Assembly: GCA_963676015.2 (NCBI GenBank)
Contig: CAXXUQ010000003.1
Coordinates: forward strand, 58,256-122,255
Length of the DNA stretch: 64,000 nucleotides
Reading direction: 5' to 3'
Source: Prolixibacteraceae bacterium
GTDB lineage: Bacteria > Bacteroidota > Bacteroidia > Bacteroidales > Prolixibacteraceae
Position numbers and translations under genes: made by a program. The notes under the pieces were generated by a model. That model saw only the letters and a list, made by a program, of their open reading frames with translations. It was not told the origin of the DNA and searched no databases. This document shows positions 7,857 through 18,621 of this stretch, piece by piece; within the stretch, counting starts at the first letter, position 1, and each line of letters starts with the position of its first letter.

Positions 7857-10334
7857 ATGAAGATTAAAAATCTTGAATCGATCCTTCCCATTTTGGGATT
7901 TAACGGGGATGTTCAGGTTTCCAACAACCTGGACCTGAGCATCGGGTTCAGGCTACGGCTGCCTGAAGTCCTGTCATGCAGCACTGAACAACTTTACCAG
8001 TTGCATGATACCTTTCAGCGGATGATCAATTTGTTGCCAGCCGGTAGTTTTATCCATAAGCAGGATTTTTTCCTGATCAACGAATTCCATTCGATGAAAC
8101 CGGAAGAACAGTCAGGTACATCAGAAAAACCGCAGCAAAATCAAATTGACAGTCTAAATAGCTCATATCTGAAACACTTTGACGGGAGACGTTTCCTGAA
8201 ACATGACTGCTGTTTTTACATCAGTATGCTGAATAAAGGACTTCTGAAAAGCTACCTCGAATCAGCACTGATCTTCTCCCGTAAAGATCGTAACCTGGAA
8301 AAACTCCAATACGATAAGATCAATGAACTCAGGGGAAACGTAATTGCCATCTTTCAGCAAAACGGAATCGGGTGTGATCTTATTTTCAGGGAAGAAGCTA
8401 TCGGTGATGACCATTCACTGGGATTGATTGAACGCTTTTTAAGCCTCAATTTTACAGATAACCATCCAACACTTGGAGGAATTGACTTTCGGGATCGGCT
8501 GAAAGTAATGGATCAGTTTGTTGAAATCCTGAGTTTAAGTGACTACTCCCATGTCCCGGCGGAACTTCGTCCGGCATCGGAACATCCGCAAACAGGACTA
8601 CCTGTTTCACTGATTTACCCGGTTTGCTATCACCTGCCGTTTTCGCACGTCACCAACCAGTTCATTTACATTCCCGATCAGCAGGAGATCAAAGGATTTT
8701 TGGAAAGCAGTTACAAAAAGATTTTCAGCCTTTCGAAGTTCTCATCCGAAAATAAAGTCAATGCCGGGCTTATTGAATCTTTCCTGGACCAGGTACAGAC
8801 ATCAGGAGAAAAGATCGTGAAAACCCATTTTAATGTGATGCTTTTCGACCCTTCCCTGAAAGATCTGAAACAGCACAAAAGTGAAACAGCATCCGCCTTT
8901 TCTATGATGAACTGCTTTCCTTACCAGCATACCCATGACCTGCCCATGTTGTTTTTCTCGTGCGTTCCCTTCTCCACGCAGCTTCCGGAAACCGAACTGT
9001 TCATTACCCAGGTGCCACAGGCCTGCTGCCTGACCAACTTCGAAGGGGAACTGAAAAACAGTGACTCCGATTTTACCATCCGGCTTTCAGACCGTCTGGA
9101 AGGTTGCCCGGTAAAGATTGATATTTCGGATGAACCCATGCACAGACATCTGATCCATAACCGCAATAAGATCATTATTGGCGGATCAGGCTCCGGCAAA
9201 TCATTTTTCACCAACCATTTACTTAGGCAATATGCCGAAAGCGAAAACTGTCATATCGTTTTGCTGGACGTGGGACGAAGCTATGAGCTATTGACTATCT
9301 ACCTGAACGAACGGTTGAAAACGCTGGGAGGTGCAATGATGGTAGAGTTCACCACTGAAAACCCGATTTCGTTCAATCCATTTATCCTGGAAGGAGAACT
9401 GGATGTTGAGCGCAAACAAACGATCCTTTCGGTAATCTACACCATTTACAAAGAAAACCTTTCGGAAATGGAAAAGGATGTGATTGCCCATTCGGTAACA
9501 GCTTTTTTCGAATCCAATCAAATTACCGAATCCGATCAAATGCCAGAAAAATCCTTTAACGGGTATTATGAGTTTTGCGAAAATTATATCCCGGCCTTGG
9601 TTAAAGAAAAGTCCATCCAGTTCAACTGCAACGAATACTTTTTCATTCTGGGTAAGTACTATCACGGTGGCGAATATGACTATCTGCTGAACAAGCAGAT
9701 GGATACCGATGAGTTTTTCCGTTGCCCGTTCATTGTTTTCGAACTCGACCTGATCAAGGATCATCCTGTGATTTTTCCGGTTGCCACCCTGATCATCATC
9801 GACATTTTCATGCAGAAAATGAGGCGGTTGAATGGTGTTCGCAAGGTACTGTGTGTGGAGGAAGCGTGGAAGGCCATCGCTACTCCCCAGATGGCTTCCT
9901 ATCTGAAATATTTTTTCAAAACCATCCGCAAATTCTTTGGCGAGGCCATGGTAGTCACCCAGGAAGTGGACGATGTGATTTCCTCACCGGTGATCCGGGA
10001 TGCGATCATCAACAATGCCGATACCCGCATCCTGCTTGACATGAGCAAATTTAGGAATAAGTTCCAAAGCATCAGTGACACCCTTGGACTTTCCGAATTC
10101 CAGAAAGAACAGATCCTTTCGATCAACAAGAACCTTCCGGCAGACCGGAAGCTCAAAGAAGTGTTTATCGGGCTGGGAAGCTATTCCCAGGTGTATGCTT
10201 TGGAAGTCAGCAAATCGGAATATTTCTGCTATACCTCCGAACAAAGTGAAAAGGAAATGATCCTGAAAAAGCTGAAGCAAAATTCGAATGAAGAAAGAGG
10301 CCAGTCATTTATAAAAATTCTCAAATCCATGTAA
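7857..10334 (+). CDS. traG: TraG conjugation ATPase (VirB4)
   Basis: 825 aa; NRNKIIIGGSGSGKSFF Walker A, CVEEAWKAI Walker B, FKTIRKFFGEAMVVTQEVDD. Confidence 0.95.
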   Translation: MKIKNLESILPILGFNGDVQVSNNLDLSIGFRLRLPEVLSCSTEQLYQLHDTFQRMINLLPAGSFIHKQDFFLINEFHSMKPEEQSGTSEKPQQNQIDSLNSSYLKHFDGRRFLKHDCCFYISMLNKGLLKSYLESALIFSRKDRNLEKLQYDKINELRGNVIAIFQQNGIGCDLIFREEAIGDDHSLGLIERFLSLNFTDNHPTLGGIDFRDRLKVMDQFVEILSLSDYSHVPAELRPASEHPQTGLPVSLIYPVCYHLPFSHVTNQFIYIPDQQEIKGFLESSYKKIFSLSKFSSENKVNAGLIESFLDQVQTSGEKIVKTHFNVMLFDPSLKDLKQHKSETASAFSMMNCFPYQHTHDLPMLFFSCVPFSTQLPETELFITQVPQACCLTNFEGELKNSDSDFTIRLSDRLEGCPVKIDISDEPMHRHLIHNRNKIIIGGSGSGKSFFTNHLLRQYAESENCHIVLLDVGRSYELLTIYLNERLKTLGGAMMVEFTTENPISFNPFILEGELDVERKQTILSVIYTIYKENLSEMEKDVIAHSVTAFFESNQITESDQMPEKSFNGYYEFCENYIPALVKEKSIQFNCNEYFFILGKYYHGGEYDYLLNKQMDTDEFFRCPFIVFELDLIKDHPVIFPVATLIIIDIFMQKMRRLNGVRKVLCVEEAWKAIATPQMASYLKYFFKTIRKFFGEAMVVTQEVDDVISSPVIRDAIINNADTRILLDMSKFRNKFQSISDTLGLSEFQKEQILSINKNLPADRKLKEVFIGLGSYSQVYALEVSKSEYFCYTSEQSEKEMILKKLKQNSNEERGQSFIKILKSM

Positions 10335-10361
10335 AATCAACAATTTACAACAATTAAAACA

Positions 10362-11027
10362 ATGATAACCATGAAAACAAAGACAACAATTTTCATTATT
10401 GGGATAGTTGCTTTATTCAGCATTTTCATCCCGAAAAACACAACCGCCCAGACCCCCGTAACCGATGTTGGTGCGGGAATTCAGCGGGAGTCATTATGGG
10501 AACAGGAAAAGGGAATCCTTTCGGACATCAACTGGTACAATGTGCTGATTAAAGTATTGAACGGTGACATCAAAGGGTTGACTGAAGAATTGGTCGGAAT
10601 TGATCAAAAGAAACTGGAAAGCCTCCAGAAAGTTTCCTACCTGATCAAGGATTACAAGCGCATCAAAGAGACCAAAGAGATGCTGCAAAAGATCATCCAG
10701 GTTTATACCGAGAAACTTCCCAAACTGGTGCAGGATCAAAACTTCACCACCCAGCAGGCAGCTGTGATTGTCCAGTCTTTTGACCTGATTCTGGATGACA
10801 GCCGCCAACTGACCACGTCCATTTTAAATACCATTGTGGAAGATGACCTTTTTATGATGGATGACAAGCAGCGGTATGACACGATTAACGGCATTTATAC
10901 CGATGTACGCAAACATTACGGGACGATCTGTTACCTGTACAACAAGCTGATGTATGCTTCCTTCCAGAAAAGTTTCGAATCGGATAAGCTGGAAAGTTTT
11001 GCTTACTACTATACGCTTTACAATTAA
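10362..11027 (+). CDS. TraI-like conjugation protein (DUF4141-like, VirB5-like)
   Basis: Signal peptide, coiled coil, MMDDKQRYDTIN motif; sits between traG and traJ. Confidence 0.65.
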   Translation: MITMKTKTTIFIIGIVALFSIFIPKNTTAQTPVTDVGAGIQRESLWEQEKGILSDINWYNVLIKVLNGDIKGLTEELVGIDQKKLESLQKVSYLIKDYKRIKETKEMLQKIIQVYTEKLPKLVQDQNFTTQQAAVIVQSFDLILDDSRQLTTSILNTIVEDDLFMMDDKQRYDTINGIYTDVRKHYGTICYLYNKLMYASFQKSFESDKLESFAYYYTLYN

Positions 11028-11062
11028 TCAAACATCAATTCTCAGTAAACAGAAACAATCCC

Positions 11063-11776
11063 ATGAGAACAATACTTTTCATACTCCTTCTTTCCCTGGC
11101 GGCTTTGCTGCCGGGGGAAGAGCTCAAAGCCCAGGTAATTGACATTAAATCCTGGAATGGGACCTACCCCGAAATGAACGGGAGCTATCCGCTTTCCTTT
11201 GTGGCTTTCAAAGGGTGGCTGATTCCGGTTCCCCATGTTTTTATACGCACCTGGCCAACGCATTATTACATTGAAGTTGATGCCATGCCGGTTTCAGACG
11301 GAACAACCTATTCTGATCTTCTGAGGATCAATTTAATGAAGATCATTGAACGCCTGATCGAAAAATCACAGATGGAAAAACGCAAAGAAGAAACAGATCA
11401 GATCAAGACAAACACACTTTCCCAACGGGACATTGAAAGGAAAATCTTTGACGCCCAATCTGATCAGTTGCCCGATGTATATAACATCACTTCCGGTTTT
11501 GTCAGGCTGTATTTAAGCATTGAAAAACTGGAAAAACTTGACAACTGCCACTGGCTAAAACAAACGTACGAGAAAGAAGCCGACCAGCTATTATCCCGTT
11601 TTGTTTCAGTGAACTTGTTCCTGACAGATCACGGTAATAAACTGGAAGCCTTTGATGAGATCAAAAAAGAACTTGACCGCCAGATGGGTGAAACGGATTA
11701 TTGCTACCGGAAAGTACATCACTACCAGTTTTACGCCAATAATGTCAGCCAATCCTACAACTTCCTGAAGGAATAA
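11063..11776 (+). CDS. secreted hypothetical protein of the tra operon
   Basis: Signal peptide and helical body; lies between the traI-like gene and traJ. Confidence 0.6.
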   Translation: MRTILFILLLSLAALLPGEELKAQVIDIKSWNGTYPEMNGSYPLSFVAFKGWLIPVPHVFIRTWPTHYYIEVDAMPVSDGTTYSDLLRINLMKIIERLIEKSQMEKRKEETDQIKTNTLSQRDIERKIFDAQSDQLPDVYNITSGFVRLYLSIEKLEKLDNCHWLKQTYEKEADQLLSRFVSVNLFLTDHGNKLEAFDEIKKELDRQMGETDYCYRKVHHYQFYANNVSQSYNFLKE

Positions 11777-11891
11777 ACAAGCCCGGATTTACGATTTAGT
11801 CATTTGCGATTTAATTCCATGATCGCCGGGCATTCTTTGCTTTCAACTACGCATTCATCATTTATAACTCATCACTCATAACTAAGTATTT

Positions 11892-12839
11892 ATGCTTTTA
11901 TTTATTTCAACCAAAGATTTTTTTGCATTTACCGATGTGCTTGTGCAGGGAGGGCTGGACAATGCAGCCGTGCTGGTCAATCTAGCCCGGGCCATTGGTG
12001 GCATTGCCGCTTTTTTGTACATCTCCAAACGGATTTACGAGCAACTGATTGCCGATAACCCGATTTCTCTTTTGCCACTTTTACGGCCTTTTGCCCTGGT
12101 GTTGGTTATCACCTTCTGGGGGCCATTTGTACAATTGTTGATGGTTCCGACCAAGGGACTGACCAAACTTTCCGAAGCGATGTACGCCGATAAAAAGAGT
12201 ATAGTAAGCGCCCGGCTGGAGGAAAAACAGGATGCGATCCTGGCTGTTGACCTGCCTTCCTTCCAGGAGAACGAAGAAAAGGAAGCTACCCTCTGGGACA
12301 AGGGGATCAACATGCTGTTGACCACCTATAACATTGTTTCGGGAAGGGCTTTGCAGCACCAGATCAACTTTTACTTTATGGACGGGGTCCGCCAACTGAT
12401 GGAATCCATGTTTGAAGCCATTGTTTACCTGATTGCCTTCCTTCGAACTGTCTTCTGTGTGCTGCTGATCATTTTCGGGCCGCTGGTTTTTGCCATCTCT
12501 ATTTTTGACGGGTTTCAGGACAACTACCTGAACTGGATAGCCCGGTTTGTCAACGTGAACCTTTATCTGCCCATTGCCCTGATAGTTCTGGCACTGGTTC
12601 AGGAAGTGCTGATCTATGTGCTGGAAGCGGAGATTGTGCAGATCAAAAGCTCGCTGATCTACATGCCTTCGATGTATTATGTTTCCAACCTGGTTGTTCC
12701 GCTTTGTGGTATTGTCGGGCTTGTGATGGTCCCCAAAATCGCTTCGTGGATTGTGAGTGCATCAGGCACCAACTCTGGCGGTGGACGACTGGTGAAAACC
12801 GCAGCCATGATGATGATCACCAAAGGAGCCATGAAATAG
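11892..12839 (+). CDS. traJ: TraJ (VirB6-like) polytopic membrane protein
   Basis: LARAIGGIAAFLYI..., LLPLLRPFAL, IFGPLVFAISIFDGFQ..Y.NWIARFVNV.L.LP. Confidence 0.92.
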   Translation: MLLFISTKDFFAFTDVLVQGGLDNAAVLVNLARAIGGIAAFLYISKRIYEQLIADNPISLLPLLRPFALVLVITFWGPFVQLLMVPTKGLTKLSEAMYADKKSIVSARLEEKQDAILAVDLPSFQENEEKEATLWDKGINMLLTTYNIVSGRALQHQINFYFMDGVRQLMESMFEAIVYLIAFLRTVFCVLLIIFGPLVFAISIFDGFQDNYLNWIARFVNVNLYLPIALIVLALVQEVLIYVLEAEIVQIKSSLIYMPSMYYVSNLVVPLCGIVGLVMVPKIASWIVSASGTNSGGGRLVKTAAMMMITKGAMK

Positions 12840-12870
12840 AAAAACATCCAATAATAAATCATCAATCAAA

Positions 12871-13497
12871 ATGAAAAAGGTTTTTGATATACAGCAAAAA
12901 TTCCGTTTTACGGTCTATGTCCTCTTAACTATCAGCCTGACTTTAATCGGATTCAGCACCTTCGTTTTTATCCGATCATTGAATTTGGTAGAAAAATCAC
13001 GGCAGAAAATTTATGTGCTGGACAACGGTAAATCCCTGCTTTTGGCCCTTCGTGCCGATATAACGGACAACCGTCCGGCAGAAGCAAAAGACCATATCAA
13101 ACGTTTCCATGAGTTATTTTTTACGATGGAACCCGACAAACAATACATCGAGAACAATGCACGGGAAGCCCTCTTCCTGGCTGATGGTTCAGCTATGAAG
13201 CAATACCAGTCTTACAAGGAAAACAACGTCTATAACCAGGTCATTGCTTCAGACATCAGTATGACATTGCTGACCGATTCGGTACATATTGACTTCTCGG
13301 CATACCCTTACCAGTTCCGATTTTTCGGGAAACAACGTATTGTTCGAAAATCCAACATTACGATCCGTAATCTTGAAACTGGTGGAAGGCTTCGGAACAT
13401 CTCCCGGACTGACAATAACCCGCACGGCTTTCTGATCGAAGAATGGTTGATTACCGACAACAAAGACCTGGAAACCCTTAAACGTAAATCATTTTAA
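12871..13497 (+). CDS. traK: TraK (VirB8-like)
   Basis: RQKIYVLDNGKSL, EAKDHIKRFHELFFT..PD, RTDNNPHGFLIE. Confidence 0.95.
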   Translation: MKKVFDIQQKFRFTVYVLLTISLTLIGFSTFVFIRSLNLVEKSRQKIYVLDNGKSLLLALRADITDNRPAEAKDHIKRFHELFFTMEPDKQYIENNAREALFLADGSAMKQYQSYKENNVYNQVIASDISMTLLTDSVHIDFSAYPYQFRFFGKQRIVRKSNITIRNLETGGRLRNISRTDNNPHGFLIEEWLITDNKDLETLKRKSF

Positions 13498-13514
13498 CAG
13501 CAAAACACAATGCC

Positions 13515-13862
13515 ATGAAAAACACGAATGATGAACCTAAAACAGAAAATCCGGGTTGTTTTGTCCAGATGATCAAAAAACTTGACTTGAAAGATCAAGG
13601 CCTTGACCCGGAAAAACGAAAACGCAAGTGGATGTATATCCTTGCCGGAACATTCGTTCTCTACCTGCTCTCGTTTCTGATTCCTTCTCCCAAATTGACG
13701 CACGGGTCTTTAGCAGATAAAAATAAAGCAACTGCGAAAGATTCAGTTTCAAAAGGAAATACTTCAATCGCTCAAAAGTCGATGACTTTTGAGATGCCCG
13801 TCGATTCATTTGAAAACATTTTAAAAAAGAACATCGATGAAAAACTTTCTAAAAAGAGATAA
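13515..13862 (+). CDS. TraL-like small membrane protein
   Basis: Single TM segment; position between traK and traM. Confidence 0.55.
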   Translation: MKNTNDEPKTENPGCFVQMIKKLDLKDQGLDPEKRKRKWMYILAGTFVLYLLSFLIPSPKLTHGSLADKNKATAKDSVSKGNTSIAQKSMTFEMPVDSFENILKKNIDEKLSKKR

Positions 13863-15006
13863 GCCACTACTGTTCCTTCCATTAATCCTGATTCCTTTTA
13901 TTGTATTGATCTTTTACATCCTGGGTGGAGGAAAACTTCCAAATGAGCAGTCTCAAACCCAGGTGAAAAAGGATTCCATAAAAGGTGCCAATTACAACCT
14001 CCCGGAAGCAGACCGTAACATCGGTATCGTGGACAAGATGGAACGTGCCCAGTCTAAAAAGGAACTGGCAGAAACCCATGATTACGACATTATGGGGGAA
14101 AAAGACTCTCTGGATCAGCACAATACTTTTTATGATCAAGGACAGGAACTATCAGAAAATCCAAATACAAATGAACCAGTACAATCACCAGGATTGAATT
14201 CCGACGTTTCCAATAACCTGCTTTCCCATATACGGCAGAGGGAAGAACAAGTCCGGGAAGATTTGCTCAAAAGTCAAAAAGAAGCTCAGCAGGATGAAGA
14301 AAACCAGCAGGAACCTAAAGCAGGATCAACAGTGCCGGATAAAACTTCAGAACACAACTTAAAATCAACCGGCATTGAAGAGCTGGATCAAATCTTCCGG
14401 CAGAACCAGCAACTGGCTAAAAAGAATGATTCGCTGAGCCTGCACCTGAAAGAAGTTACTGCCAAAAATGAAAAGGCTGAAACTGAAAAGGCCAGAAATT
14501 TTACCCTGGAAAAACAAGGCAAATCAGGATTTAACTCCAAACAGTCAGCCGTTCCGGTTATTGAAGCTGAAGTTTACGAAACTGCTACGGTTCTTTCCGG
14601 CAACCGGGTCAAACTCCGGCTTATGGAAGATGCCTGGCTTTTGGGTACCAAAATACCGGCAAACACCTTCCTGTACGGAACGTGTGAAGTAACCAATGAA
14701 CGCCTGCAAATAGAAATCCGTCAAATCCCGCTTGGTGAAAAGTTCGTACCTGTTGAGATTACCGCCTGTGATCTGGACGGATTACCCGGACTATATGTTC
14801 CCGACAATGCTTCCCGAAAAGTAGCCAAAGAAGTAGGCAGCAGTGCCAATACTTCTTCCATGTTCGGGGTGAGCAACAATCCACTGACTTATATGGGGAT
14901 TCAGGCAGCCGACCGGGCCTCCCAATCACTTTTGAAGATGATCCGCCTGAAAAAAGTTACCATCAAGAAAAACACACTAGTCTATTTAGTCAATAAATCC
15001 AAATAA
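13837..15006 (+). CDS. traM: TraM (VirB10-like)
   Basis: LFLPLIL.PF TM segment; RVKLRLMED, GERL-like NERL.I.I, DLDGLPGLYVP. Confidence 0.93.
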   Translation: MKNFLKRDKPLLFLPLILIPFIVLIFYILGGGKLPNEQSQTQVKKDSIKGANYNLPEADRNIGIVDKMERAQSKKELAETHDYDIMGEKDSLDQHNTFYDQGQELSENPNTNEPVQSPGLNSDVSNNLLSHIRQREEQVREDLLKSQKEAQQDEENQQEPKAGSTVPDKTSEHNLKSTGIEELDQIFRQNQQLAKKNDSLSLHLKEVTAKNEKAETEKARNFTLEKQGKSGFNSKQSAVPVIEAEVYETATVLSGNRVKLRLMEDAWLLGTKIPANTFLYGTCEVTNERLQIEIRQIPLGEKFVPVEITACDLDGLPGLYVPDNASRKVAKEVGSSANTSSMFGVSNNPLTYMGIQAADRASQSLLKMIRLKKVTIKKNTLVYLVNKSK

Positions 15007-15023
15007 ACAGAAACACGAAAAAC

Positions 15024-15848
15024 ATGAAATCAATTATTGTTATCATTTTTGGCGCAGCCGCTATTCATTTTTCGGTATGCGCCCAACAGGTTCAACCTGC
15101 AAATACAAACAGTTTAAAAGTATCCGATACGAAAGCCAGTCATTTGGTCTGTCCGGATAAAGTCAGCTATGTCCAAGCCGGTGATTACTCACTGGTACAG
15201 GCCGAAGTAGTTCCCGAGCTATCCAATATAGTCAGGGTTAAAGCTACTCAACCCTTTGAAAAGCAAACGTCCTTAACAGTTGTCTGTGCCAACAAAATTT
15301 ACAGTTTTGAACTTCAGTACGGGAATAATGCCTCCATTACTTACCCCATTGAAACGTTCCAGTCACAATCGGCCATGACCTTTTCCGGCAAATTAATGCC
15401 GGATCATGTTTTGAAAGAACTTTGTGATCAGGTTCTAAACAAACATAAGCGACAGTTTCACAAGCGCAAGGCCGAAAAAGACGGGATCACCATCCGGTTA
15501 AACTCCATATCCCTGAAAAACGATGCTTTGTTTTTTGAACTGGAGATCACCAATAAAACCTCGATGGCTTATGATGTGGAAAGCTTTAACTTTTGGATAA
15601 CGGATAAGAGAAAAGCCAAAGCCACCAATGTGCAGGAATACCAGGTTTTTCCCGAGTACCAGCGCAATCAGGTTCAACGTATCCCGGGAGAAGAAACTGT
15701 CCGTGAAGTTTTTGTGATGGAAAAGATGACCATCCCTGACGGACGAATTCTGAAGATCGAGCTGAACGAAAAAGCATTGGGCAACACGGGGCGAAAACTC
15801 AGCTTTAACTTGAAAAACAAAGATATCCTCAAGGTTCGAAAACTTTGA
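15024..15848 (+). CDS. traN: TraN (VirB9-like, DUF4138)
   Basis: SHLVCPDKVSYVQAG, NIVRVKA, VFVMEKMTIPD.R.L.IEL.EK....GR. Confidence 0.92.
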   Translation: MKSIIVIIFGAAAIHFSVCAQQVQPANTNSLKVSDTKASHLVCPDKVSYVQAGDYSLVQAEVVPELSNIVRVKATQPFEKQTSLTVVCANKIYSFELQYGNNASITYPIETFQSQSAMTFSGKLMPDHVLKELCDQVLNKHKRQFHKRKAEKDGITIRLNSISLKNDALFFELEITNKTSMAYDVESFNFWITDKRKAKATNVQEYQVFPEYQRNQVQRIPGEETVREVFVMEKMTIPDGRILKIELNEKALGNTGRKLSFNLKNKDILKVRKL

Positions 15849-15947
15849 TTAAAATAACCTGACGGTCAATAACCCGCATTTATCATTCCAACATTCTGGA
15901 TTCAAGTACTCAAGATTCAAATACTCTGACATTCTAATCTTCCAACA

Positions 15948-18032
15948 ATGGATCACGAATCTCACGAACTGGCCAAGCTACACGAAGGGTTTCGGTTTTT
16001 CAGCTATCTGCTACTTTTTGCATCGCTGTACCTGACCCAACTGGATTATTTTGTTCTGAAAGGGATACAGATACACGTTTTTCTTCCCTTGATCGAAAAG
16101 ATGCAGAACCTGAAGTTCCTGGCCGGACTGTATCCATCCAAGACTGTTTGCATAGTCTTCCTGGCTATTACATGCATCGGGACCAAAGCCCACAAAGATC
16201 GGGAATTGCTGGTTTCAACCATCATTGGACAAACGATAGCCGGAATGATTCTCTATTGGGGAAGCCTGATTGTTTTCAAAAGCTATCCGGCGGTTTACCT
16301 GGGACTGACATTCTTTGGTTTTGTCCTTTTAAATATTGGGTTTGACAACATCTCCAAACTGATCAACGTCAATTTGATGAAGGATCGGTTTAACGTAGAG
16401 AATGAAAGTTTCCCGCAGGAAGAAACCCTGAAAGCAAATGAGTATTCGGTTAACCTGCCAACAGTTTACCTTCACAAAGGTAACGAGCATCAGGGCTGGA
16501 TCAATATCGTGAATCCCTTTCGTGCAACAATGGTGATCGGAACGCCCGGTTCCGGAAAATCTTTTTCTGTCGTATTGCCTTTTATCCGGCAACACCTGAG
16601 AAAAGGTTTTTCGATGTGCGTTTATGATTTTAAGTACCCGGATTTATCGCTGGTTGCCTACAATCATTTTCTGAGGGCCAGAAAGGACGGGAAACTGCCA
16701 CAATCGGCCCGGTTTTATGTGATCAACTTTGAAAACATCCAAAAGTCTTTTCGTTGCAACCCGTTGGCGCCCGAGTGGATGGAAAGCCCGATTGATGCCT
16801 TCGAATCTTCCCGGACAATTCTCTATAACCTGAACCGGGAATGGATACGCCAGCAGGGAGAGTTTTTCTCCGAATCAGCCGTTTCTTTTTTCGCGGCGGT
16901 AATCTGGTTTTTGAAGAAGTACCAGGGTGGTAAGTTCTGTACTCTGCCTCATGCCATTGAACTGTTACAGATGGATTACGATGATTTGTTTGCAATCATG
17001 GAACAGGAAAAAGATGTGGCGAACATCATCAATCCCTTTGTCAATGCGCACAAACGCGGAGCCAGGGAGCAGCTGGAAGGACAGCTGGGAAGCCTGAAAA
17101 TCGCCATATCTAAGATTATCAGCCCCGAGATTTACTGGATATGCTCCGGCAATGATTTTTCACTGGACATCAACAATCCGGAATCGCCCAAAGTCCTTTG
17201 TCTGGCCAATGATCCGCTTCGGGTAGAAATGTATGGAGCTGTCTTGTCGCTTTACATCACGCGGATGCTGAAAGTAATCAACAGAAAAGGACAACAACCT
17301 TCTTCCCTGATCTTTGACGAGCTGCCGACGATTTACTTCCGTGGACTGGATACGCTGATTGCAACAGCCCGAAGTAACCGGATTTCGACTTTACTGGGAG
17401 TTCAGACCATCGATCAACTGATCCGTGATTACGGGAAAGAACAGGCCAATGCCATTACCAGCAACATCGGGAATGTGTTTTCCGGTCAGGCTGCCGGTGA
17501 AACAGCCAAGTTTATCCAGAACCGGATGGGCAAAATCCTCCAGGAACGGCAATCTGTGAACATTAACCGGAATGTTCAATCCTCCACGTTCTCCACCCAA
17601 CTGGATTTTCTGGTACCGGAGGGGAAGATCGCCACGTTGCCACAAGGGTATATGGTTGGACAGATCGCTGACAACTATGGAGAAGCTATTGCCCAGAAAA
17701 ACTTCAATTGTCTGGTTAAAGTCGATCTGAAAGCTCATGAAAGAGAAGAAAACTGCTATGTGCCGATCCCTGATTTTTACCGGTTCGATAATATCCCGGA
17801 AGTTCTTGAAAGAAACCGCACCCGGATACAGAATGACATCCGAAGAATAGCTAACCAGAGGCCGGATTCCGATCAATGCGAAAAGCCAGGCCAAAGTTCT
17901 CAGCAACCTCAAACTCAAAATGAACCGCCAAACAAACCTCCCGGCAAAAACCCGAAAGTCAATCAACAGACCAATCAAAGATTAATACAGAAGACCAATC
18001 AAAAATCAAATTCAAAAAGAACTATCCGATGA
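15948..18032 (+). CDS. type IV coupling protein (VirD4/TraG-like, MobC in CTnDOT nomenclature)
   Basis: INIVNPFRATMVIGTPGSGKSFS, YDFKYPDL, FDELPTIYF, ATARSNR. Confidence 0.95.
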   Translation: MDHESHELAKLHEGFRFFSYLLLFASLYLTQLDYFVLKGIQIHVFLPLIEKMQNLKFLAGLYPSKTVCIVFLAITCIGTKAHKDRELLVSTIIGQTIAGMILYWGSLIVFKSYPAVYLGLTFFGFVLLNIGFDNISKLINVNLMKDRFNVENESFPQEETLKANEYSVNLPTVYLHKGNEHQGWINIVNPFRATMVIGTPGSGKSFSVVLPFIRQHLRKGFSMCVYDFKYPDLSLVAYNHFLRARKDGKLPQSARFYVINFENIQKSFRCNPLAPEWMESPIDAFESSRTILYNLNREWIRQQGEFFSESAVSFFAAVIWFLKKYQGGKFCTLPHAIELLQMDYDDLFAIMEQEKDVANIINPFVNAHKRGAREQLEGQLGSLKIAISKIISPEIYWICSGNDFSLDINNPESPKVLCLANDPLRVEMYGAVLSLYITRMLKVINRKGQQPSSLIFDELPTIYFRGLDTLIATARSNRISTLLGVQTIDQLIRDYGKEQANAITSNIGNVFSGQAAGETAKFIQNRMGKILQERQSVNINRNVQSSTFSTQLDFLVPEGKIATLPQGYMVGQIADNYGEAIAQKNFNCLVKVDLKAHEREENCYVPIPDFYRFDNIPEVLERNRTRIQNDIRRIANQRPDSDQCEKPGQSSQQPQTQNEPPNKPPGKNPKVNQQTNQRLIQKTNQKSNSKRTIR

Positions 18033-18544
18033 TCGAAAATACAACCTACTTTAAATGCAGGCCATCCCAAATTATGAACCTGCAAACCTTTTTGCTGACG
18101 TTGCTGTCCATTCCAATTGTGATCCTAATGCATATCATGATCAAAGAACAGCAGTTAAGCGCTATTCTTCCAGAGAAGCTGGCCGTTCACGTTGACAGGT
18201 TTCCAATCTACCTTTCAGGATATGTCCTGATAAACCTTATCTGGCAAATTCTGAAGGTTTGGTGTATCCGTTATGAAATTGACCCGGAACAACTAAGGCA
18301 CACATCAGGAATAATACTCCGAAAGCATGAGTTTGTAGAAAATTATCGGATTAAGGACTACGCCATAGAAAAGCCTTTGATCTACGGGATGTTTGGCCTG
18401 GGTAACCTGACCATTTATACCTCCGATAAGACCACACCAATCCTGTATTTATATGCCATCCGAAAGCCGGAAGAAAAGTATCAAATCCTTCGGGGACTGG
18501 TGGAACTCAGCCGGAAAGAAAAGCGTGTTTACGAAATTGATTAG
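18029..18544 (+). CDS. membrane-anchored bacterial PH-domain protein (bPH_2-like)
   Basis: Two TM segments, then RYEI...L....GI..R......YRIKD........GMFGLGNL.IYTSD.TTP.L.L..I. Confidence 0.75.
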   Translation: MIENTTYFKCRPSQIMNLQTFLLTLLSIPIVILMHIMIKEQQLSAILPEKLAVHVDRFPIYLSGYVLINLIWQILKVWCIRYEIDPEQLRHTSGIILRKHEFVENYRIKDYAIEKPLIYGMFGLGNLTIYTSDKTTPILYLYAIRKPEEKYQILRGLVELSRKEKRVYEID

Positions 18545-18621
18545 CAATTCCATTAATAGTTCTGATAATATAAACCGTAGATAACAACCATTAGTACTAA
18601 CAATTCAAAATTTTAAAAATC

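Noticed and set aside
17860-18032. Q/N/K/P-rich tail of the coupling protein
   Set aside because: Low-complexity disordered tails are common on T4CPs; no discrete repeat unit.
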